Origin: an uncultured delta proteobacterium
GTDB lineage: Bacteria > Myxococcota_A > Polyangia > Polyangiales > Houyiibacteriaceae
Assembly: GCA_963699755.1 (NCBI GenBank)
Contig: CAVOVB010000005.1
Span: 192,001-256,000, forward strand
Length of the DNA: 64,000 nucleotides
Direction of reading: 5' to 3'
Below the pieces are notes generated by a model. That model did no database searches and was not told the DNA's origin. It saw only the letters and a list, made by a program, of their open reading frames with translations. This document shows positions 59,529 through 64,000 of the stretch, piece by piece. The position numbers and the translations under genes are program-made. Positions within the stretch are counted from its first letter, which is position 1. Each line of letters starts with the position of its first letter.

Positions 59529-60701
59529 ATGTCGCTCGGTCGCATCCTCATTTTCCTGGGCGTCATCTCCGGCCTGACGATCGGAACCCACTACTACCTT
59601 TGGGCTCGCCTGATCCGCGACCCGATGTGGCCCCCGCCCTGGCGCCCCGTTGCCACGATCGCGCTCGTTCTCCTCGCGCTGTCGATTCCGGCATCGATGT
59701 TGGCGTGGCGCACCCTGCCACGTAATCTCGCACTTCCGATCTCCTGGGTTGGCTACGTCTGGATGGGCTCTATGTTCCTATTGCTCGTCCTGCTCTGGGG
59801 TGGCGAGCTCGCGCGTTGGAGCTGGGTCAAGTACGCGAGCATCGCCGCGGTCGACGGCGGGCGACGTGAGTTCCTCGCTCAGTTGCTCGCAGGTGGCGTG
59901 GGCGCGTTCGGGCTCGCCCTGTCCGGCTGGGGCGTTTGGTCCGCGATTCGGCCAGTCGAAGTGAAGCGCGTCGCCGTCCGGCTCCGGAAGCTGCCCGGCG
60001 CTCTCAACGGGCTTCGTCTCGTTCAGCTCACCGACATGCACGTTGGCCTCACGATCGGTCGCGATTTCGTCGAAGACGTCGTTCGCAAGGTCAACGCGCT
60101 CGAGCCAGACATCGTGGCGATTACCGGCGATCTGATCGACGGCTCGGTCGAAGACCTGGGCCCCGCGGTGGCCCCCCTCGGCGAGATTCGCGCGAAGCTC
60201 GGGACCTATTTCGTCACTGGAAACCACGAATACTATTCCGGCGCGGACTCCTGGTTGGCGTTCCTGCGAGGCATCGGGATCAAAGCCCTTCGGAACGAGC
60301 ACGTGGAGCTCACGATGAACGGAGAGGCCATCCACCTGGCCGGCGTCGACGACTGGACCGCGCATCGGTTTGGGAACGGTCACGGCTCGGACATTGAGCG
60401 GGCGATGGCCGGGCGCGACGCTAGCAAGCCGATCGTCCTCTTGGCGCACCAGCCGGTACATTTCGGCGAGGCCTGCGCACATGGAGTGGACCTTCAAATT
60501 TCCGGACACACGCACGGCGGCCAGATTTTTCCTTTCGGCTTTCTCACTCGCCTCGTGCAGCCGTTTGTCTCGGGCCTGCATCGCCGAGGCGACTCCCAGA
60601 TCTACGTCAGCTCGGGCACCGGCTATTGGGGGCCTCCCATGCGCATCGCGGCGCCCGCGGAAATCACCCTCATCGAGCTCGACCAGGACTCGCTCGTCTA
60701 G
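59529..60701 (+). CDS. Membrane-anchored metallophosphoesterase (YkuE/YaeI-like)
   Basis: TDMH, GDLID, GNHE, LAHQP, GHTHGGQ, WGPPMR. Confidence 0.9.
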   Translation: MSLGRILIFLGVISGLTIGTHYYLWARLIRDPMWPPPWRPVATIALVLLALSIPASMLAWRTLPRNLALPISWVGYVWMGSMFLLLVLLWGGELARWSWVKYASIAAVDGGRREFLAQLLAGGVGAFGLALSGWGVWSAIRPVEVKRVAVRLRKLPGALNGLRLVQLTDMHVGLTIGRDFVEDVVRKVNALEPDIVAITGDLIDGSVEDLGPAVAPLGEIRAKLGTYFVTGNHEYYSGADSWLAFLRGIGIKALRNEHVELTMNGEAIHLAGVDDWTAHRFGNGHGSDIERAMAGRDASKPIVLLAHQPVHFGEACAHGVDLQISGHTHGGQIFPFGFLTRLVQPFVSGLHRRGDSQIYVSSGTGYWGPPMRIAAPAEITLIELDQDSLV

Positions 60702-60722
60702 CCGTCCGGGCGTTGGGCGGAG

Positions 60723-61628
60723 CTAGAGGAGCGAACGAAGCGTGGGCTCGAGGCTCGTGTCCTTCCAGCGAAAACCGTGTGAGTGAAGCGAGGCCGGAAC
60801 GACGCGCGACCCGGCGAGAAGCATCTCGTCCGCCATGTCCGTGCCAAGGCCGAACCGGAGTGCGAACTTCGGGACCGGGAAAAAGGTCGGACGCTTGAGA
60901 ACACGGCCCAGGGTAGCGGTGAAGTCAGCGTTGCTGACCGGCGTGGGCGAGACGAAGTTGACTGGGCCTTCGAGCTCGTCGCGCTCCAAGGCAAAGATCA
61001 GGGCCGAGACCAAGTCTTCCAAGCTGATCCAGCTCATGTACTGGCTTCCGTCGCCAATGCGCCCGCCGACGCCGAGTAAGAACGGGAACTTCATTTTGGC
61101 GAGCGCCCCACCCTCGGCCGAAAGCACGATGCCGATACGTGGATGCACGACGCGGATTCCGGCTTCGCGGGCCGGCCCGGCAGCGGCTTCCCATTCGCCA
61201 CAGACGGACGCCAGAAATCCCGAGCCCTGGGTAGCGGTCTCGTCGAGCACCTCGTCGCCACGGTCGCCGTAGTACCCGATTGCCGATGCCGAAACCAAGA
61301 CCCGCGGTTTCGGCGAAAGCTCCGCGAGGGCCTTCGCGAGCAGGGCCGTTCCACGCACCCGGCTATCGCGAATTCGCGCCTTCTTCGCTTCGGTCCAGCG
61401 ACCAGATGCAACATTGTCGCCGGCAAGGTGAATCGCCCCGGTCACGCCACCGAGGCCTTCACGGTCGATTGTTCCGCCTTCGGGATCCCAACGAACCTCG
61501 CGGTCCGTCCTCGGTGCGCGCCTCACCAAGCAGACGACCTCGTAGCCGCTGCGCCGAAGTGTCGGCACGAGCTCGCTGCCGACGAGCCCTGAAGCCCCAG
61601 TAACCGCAATTTTATCGCGCTCGGCCAT
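60723..61628 (-). CDS. TIGR01777 / YfcH-family NAD-dependent epimerase-like protein
   Basis: TGASGLVG, SR..GT, SASAIGYYG, C..WE, R.GIVL, G.Q..SWI. Confidence 0.92.
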   Translation of the reverse strand: MAERDKIAVTGASGLVGSELVPTLRRSGYEVVCLVRRAPRTDREVRWDPEGGTIDREGLGGVTGAIHLAGDNVASGRWTEAKKARIRDSRVRGTALLAKALAELSPKPRVLVSASAIGYYGDRGDEVLDETATQGSGFLASVCGEWEAAAGPAREAGIRVVHPRIGIVLSAEGGALAKMKFPFLLGVGGRIGDGSQYMSWISLEDLVSALIFALERDELEGPVNFVSPTPVSNADFTATLGRVLKRPTFFPVPKFALRFGLGTDMADEMLLAGSRVVPASLHSHGFRWKDTSLEPTLRSLL

Positions 61629-61716
61629 GGCAGGCTAATCCTGTACCAAGCGAGTCGCGAAGCAAGCTGGTTTTACACATGGCCGTCGGGGCCAACAGTC
61701 GCTATGGTCCAGCACT

Positions 61717-63120
61717 TTGCGAATTCTCTTCATCGCCCCTCAAGCGTTCACCTCGACTCGAGACGCACAGGACGTGGTCACCTTGGCCAAAGTGATGCGT
61801 CGCGCGGACCACGCGGTCGACCTCCTGTCTCCGCTCTACGGTCACATCGACACCGTGAAGCTCGCCCTCGCTCGCCGTCTCACCAAGCTCGAGCTCGAGC
61901 TCGGGGGAAGATCGTGGTCCTGCGAGCTGTACACCGGGCGCAACCCGGACGGCGTGGGCTTGACCTTCATTGGCAACGAAGAGATCCTCTTGTCAGCGGA
62001 TTCACTCAGCGGCGAGGGAGAGCAGCTCGACGCATCGAGGGTGGGCGTCTTTGCGGTCGCAGCCACTGAGCTAATTCGGCAGAGCGCGGACAGCTATGAC
62101 ATCGTTCACGGTCACGGCTGGGCCGCCGGCGCGGTCATCGCACGGCTGCGGGCGGAGCTTCCCGACCTACCGACGGTATTGACGGTCTACGACGCCACCG
62201 AACAAGGTCGCTTCGATTCGGCCGATGCCGACTGGCTCGGGCTCGGCGAGCTAGCCCGTGACGACGACGGCATCTCGGTCTTGAAAGCTGGTCTCCTGAG
62301 CGCCGATCGCGTCACGACCCTCTCCCCCAACTATGCGCATCGACTGCAACGCCCTGACAGTGAAAACCGATTGAGCGAGGTGTTCCGCGAAATCGGACCC
62401 AAGCTGACGGGCGTGCGTCACGGGATCGACCCCGCATTCTGGAACCCAGCAACCGACGGGCATCTCCCCGCCCGATTCGATCCGTTCGACATGGACGGGA
62501 AGGACAAGTGCAAAGCCGAGCTCCAGCACGACCTGACCCTACCCGTGCGAAACGATGTGCCGCTGTTTGGTGCTATTGGGCATGTGGACGACGAAGGCAT
62601 GGCTCTGCTCGCCAAAATCGGGCCTGATTTCTTGCGCAACGACGTCCAACTCGTGGTGCAACTCGAAGGCGACGGCGAGCTGGTCGCGATCTACGAAGAG
62701 CTTTGGGACCAGTGGCCGGACCGCATCCAGATCAAGACGGGCAACGACGAAGCGTTTCGGCACGTGCTGATTGGAGCGAGCGACTTCATCGTGGTGCCTG
62801 GTAGCGAAGCGCCTTCAGACAACATCCAGATGCTGGCGCAGCGCTATGGCGCTTTGCCGATCGTCCACCGTGACGGCGGCCTGGCCGACGAGGTGGTCGA
62901 CTGCGAAGCCTCTCTCAAGACGGGCTCGGGCCTTCTCTACGACGAGCCGACCACGAGGTCGCTGCTCGCAGCGCTGCAACGGGCGGCAGCGGCGTTCGCG
63001 AACAACAAGGCCTTCGGCGAGCTGCAGAGCAGAGTGATGTGTCTAGACCACTCCTGGGAGCGCACGACCCGACTCTACGAGCGAGCCTATCGCGAGGCGA
63101 TCGCCGCGCACCGCGGCTAG
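61717..63120 (+). CDS. glgA: Glycogen synthase (GT5) homologue with degenerate catalytic motifs
   Basis: Full-length GT5 landmarks (MRILF, LKAGL..AD.VTT.SP.YA, GID...WNP.TD..L, K..CK..LQ, Q..AQRYG..PIV...GGLAD.V, DHSW), but KTGGL, HDW, R..QKG and EPCGL are lost; TTG start. Confidence 0.8.
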   Translation: MRILFIAPQAFTSTRDAQDVVTLAKVMRRADHAVDLLSPLYGHIDTVKLALARRLTKLELELGGRSWSCELYTGRNPDGVGLTFIGNEEILLSADSLSGEGEQLDASRVGVFAVAATELIRQSADSYDIVHGHGWAAGAVIARLRAELPDLPTVLTVYDATEQGRFDSADADWLGLGELARDDDGISVLKAGLLSADRVTTLSPNYAHRLQRPDSENRLSEVFREIGPKLTGVRHGIDPAFWNPATDGHLPARFDPFDMDGKDKCKAELQHDLTLPVRNDVPLFGAIGHVDDEGMALLAKIGPDFLRNDVQLVVQLEGDGELVAIYEELWDQWPDRIQIKTGNDEAFRHVLIGASDFIVVPGSEAPSDNIQMLAQRYGALPIVHRDGGLADEVVDCEASLKTGSGLLYDEPTTRSLLAALQRAAAAFANNKAFGELQSRVMCLDHSWERTTRLYERAYREAIAAHRG

Positions 63121-63839
63121 CGCGAAGCTCCGATTTTCTGCGCTTGGTCGGGGAGCTTAGCGTCGCTTGGGCGAAGGTAGTCGGGCTCGAGCGTGTCTAG
63201 GTCAGATGGGCCACTGATACGGAAGCTGTACTGCACTTCGGCTGCGATCGCCTTTGGCGTCGGTGCGTGGAGGCTCATCTGCACCTCGTCGAGCTGCACG
63301 CAGAGGATGCTCTCGAGGAGCTCGGCATGAGGACGGACCCCTTCGCCACCGACGGAGACCGGACGGTCGCCTAGGCGATCTCGGATTTGCTGGAAGACGA
63401 GCTCCGGCGGTCCAAAGACTGGAGCCGCGAGCTCCTCGACCACGGCCCCGCCAAACAGGTATGCCGCCGAGAACACATCCCCTCGATATCCCCTCATCAC
63501 GGGCACGCGAACCCTGACTTCCTCGCCTTCAATCGCCCTGGCGAGCAGACGGAGGGAGCTCAGTCCGACGATCGGCAGCCCAAGCCCGAAGGCCAGCCCT
63601 TTCGCGGTCCCGAGGCCCACGCGCAAGCTCGTAAATCTGCCGGGCCCGATGTCGACACCAATGAGAGAAAGCTCCTCGCGAGAGACCGCGGCTTCCGCCA
63701 TTGCCGATTCGATGTGGCCGAAAAGGTTCTCCCCGTGGCGACCTTGTGAGCGCCAACGCGCAGAGGTGAATCTGCCGTCTTCGCGAACGACGACGACGGT
63801 TCCGTACTCGGTTGCGGTGTCGATGCAGAGGGTCGTCAT
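63117..63839 (-). CDS. tsaB: tRNA threonylcarbamoyladenosine biosynthesis protein TsaB
   Basis: LCIDTAT, H, GPGRFTSLRVG...AKGLA, LEPDYLR. Confidence 0.88.
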   Translation of the reverse strand: MTTLCIDTATEYGTVVVVREDGRFTSARWRSQGRHGENLFGHIESAMAEAAVSREELSLIGVDIGPGRFTSLRVGLGTAKGLAFGLGLPIVGLSSLRLLARAIEGEEVRVRVPVMRGYRGDVFSAAYLFGGAVVEELAAPVFGPPELVFQQIRDRLGDRPVSVGGEGVRPHAELLESILCVQLDEVQMSLHAPTPKAIAAEVQYSFRISGPSDLDTLEPDYLRPSDAKLPDQAQKIGASR

Positions 63840-63927
63840 GGGCTCGCTTGACGCATGCCTACCCGCAGACTAGCGTCCGCGCCAGCGAAGTGCCCTGCCC
63901 GCGCTGCTTGTCGCTAGTCCCGCACGA

Positions 63928-64000
63928 ATGAGCAAACAAAGAAACAAAGCAGCTTCGGAGGGGGCGAGGAAGCACGAGGGCTGGAAGGCGAATCTCCTAA
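63928..64000 (+). CDS. 5' start of a gene truncated by the window edge (product not determinable)
   Basis: ATG 63928, open to the window end (MSKQRNKAASEGARKHEGWKANLL), divergent from tsaB. Confidence 0.45.
   Translation, partial: MSKQRNKAASEGARKHEGWKANLL

Overview
GC-rich, gene-dense bacterial chromosomal segment with about 60 genes and one tRNA-Asn. Cys-rich and Gly/Ser-linker lipoproteins and the gene set suggest a Myxococcota/deltaproteobacterial lineage (inference only). Left to right: type II ergothioneine genes egtBD. Then a 14-gene, ~15.5 kb glycosylation locus with a reversed HldE-like nucleotidyltransferase/kinase, DegT aminotransferase, SDR, HAD phosphatase, GT2, UPF0104 flippase-like protein, two GT-C membrane glycosyltransferases (one TMTC-like), two methyltransferases, two sulfotransferases, and a group IV decarboxylase plus ATP-grasp pair. 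Then a MacAB-like exporter co-oriented with MscS, NTF2 and 3-beta-HSD-like genes, arsM with a six-Cys MarR and operator, metal/ion homeostasis genes, and a clade II nitrous oxide reductase cluster (cyt c, nosZDFLYB, fasciclin) with a sigma54-type promoter. The remainder holds a TetR with a palindromic operator, a PHP metallohydrolase lipoprotein, tRNA-Asn, pta-ackA, purE, a full-length glycogen synthase homologue lacking the canonical catalytic motifs, and tsaB. No CRISPR array, transposase, integrase or rRNA was seen. The best candidates for undescribed biology are the glycosylation/sulfation locus, the GlgA pseudo-enzyme, the MarR-arsM unit and the minimal clade II nos cluster. All product calls come from motif recognition by eye; no database search was run.
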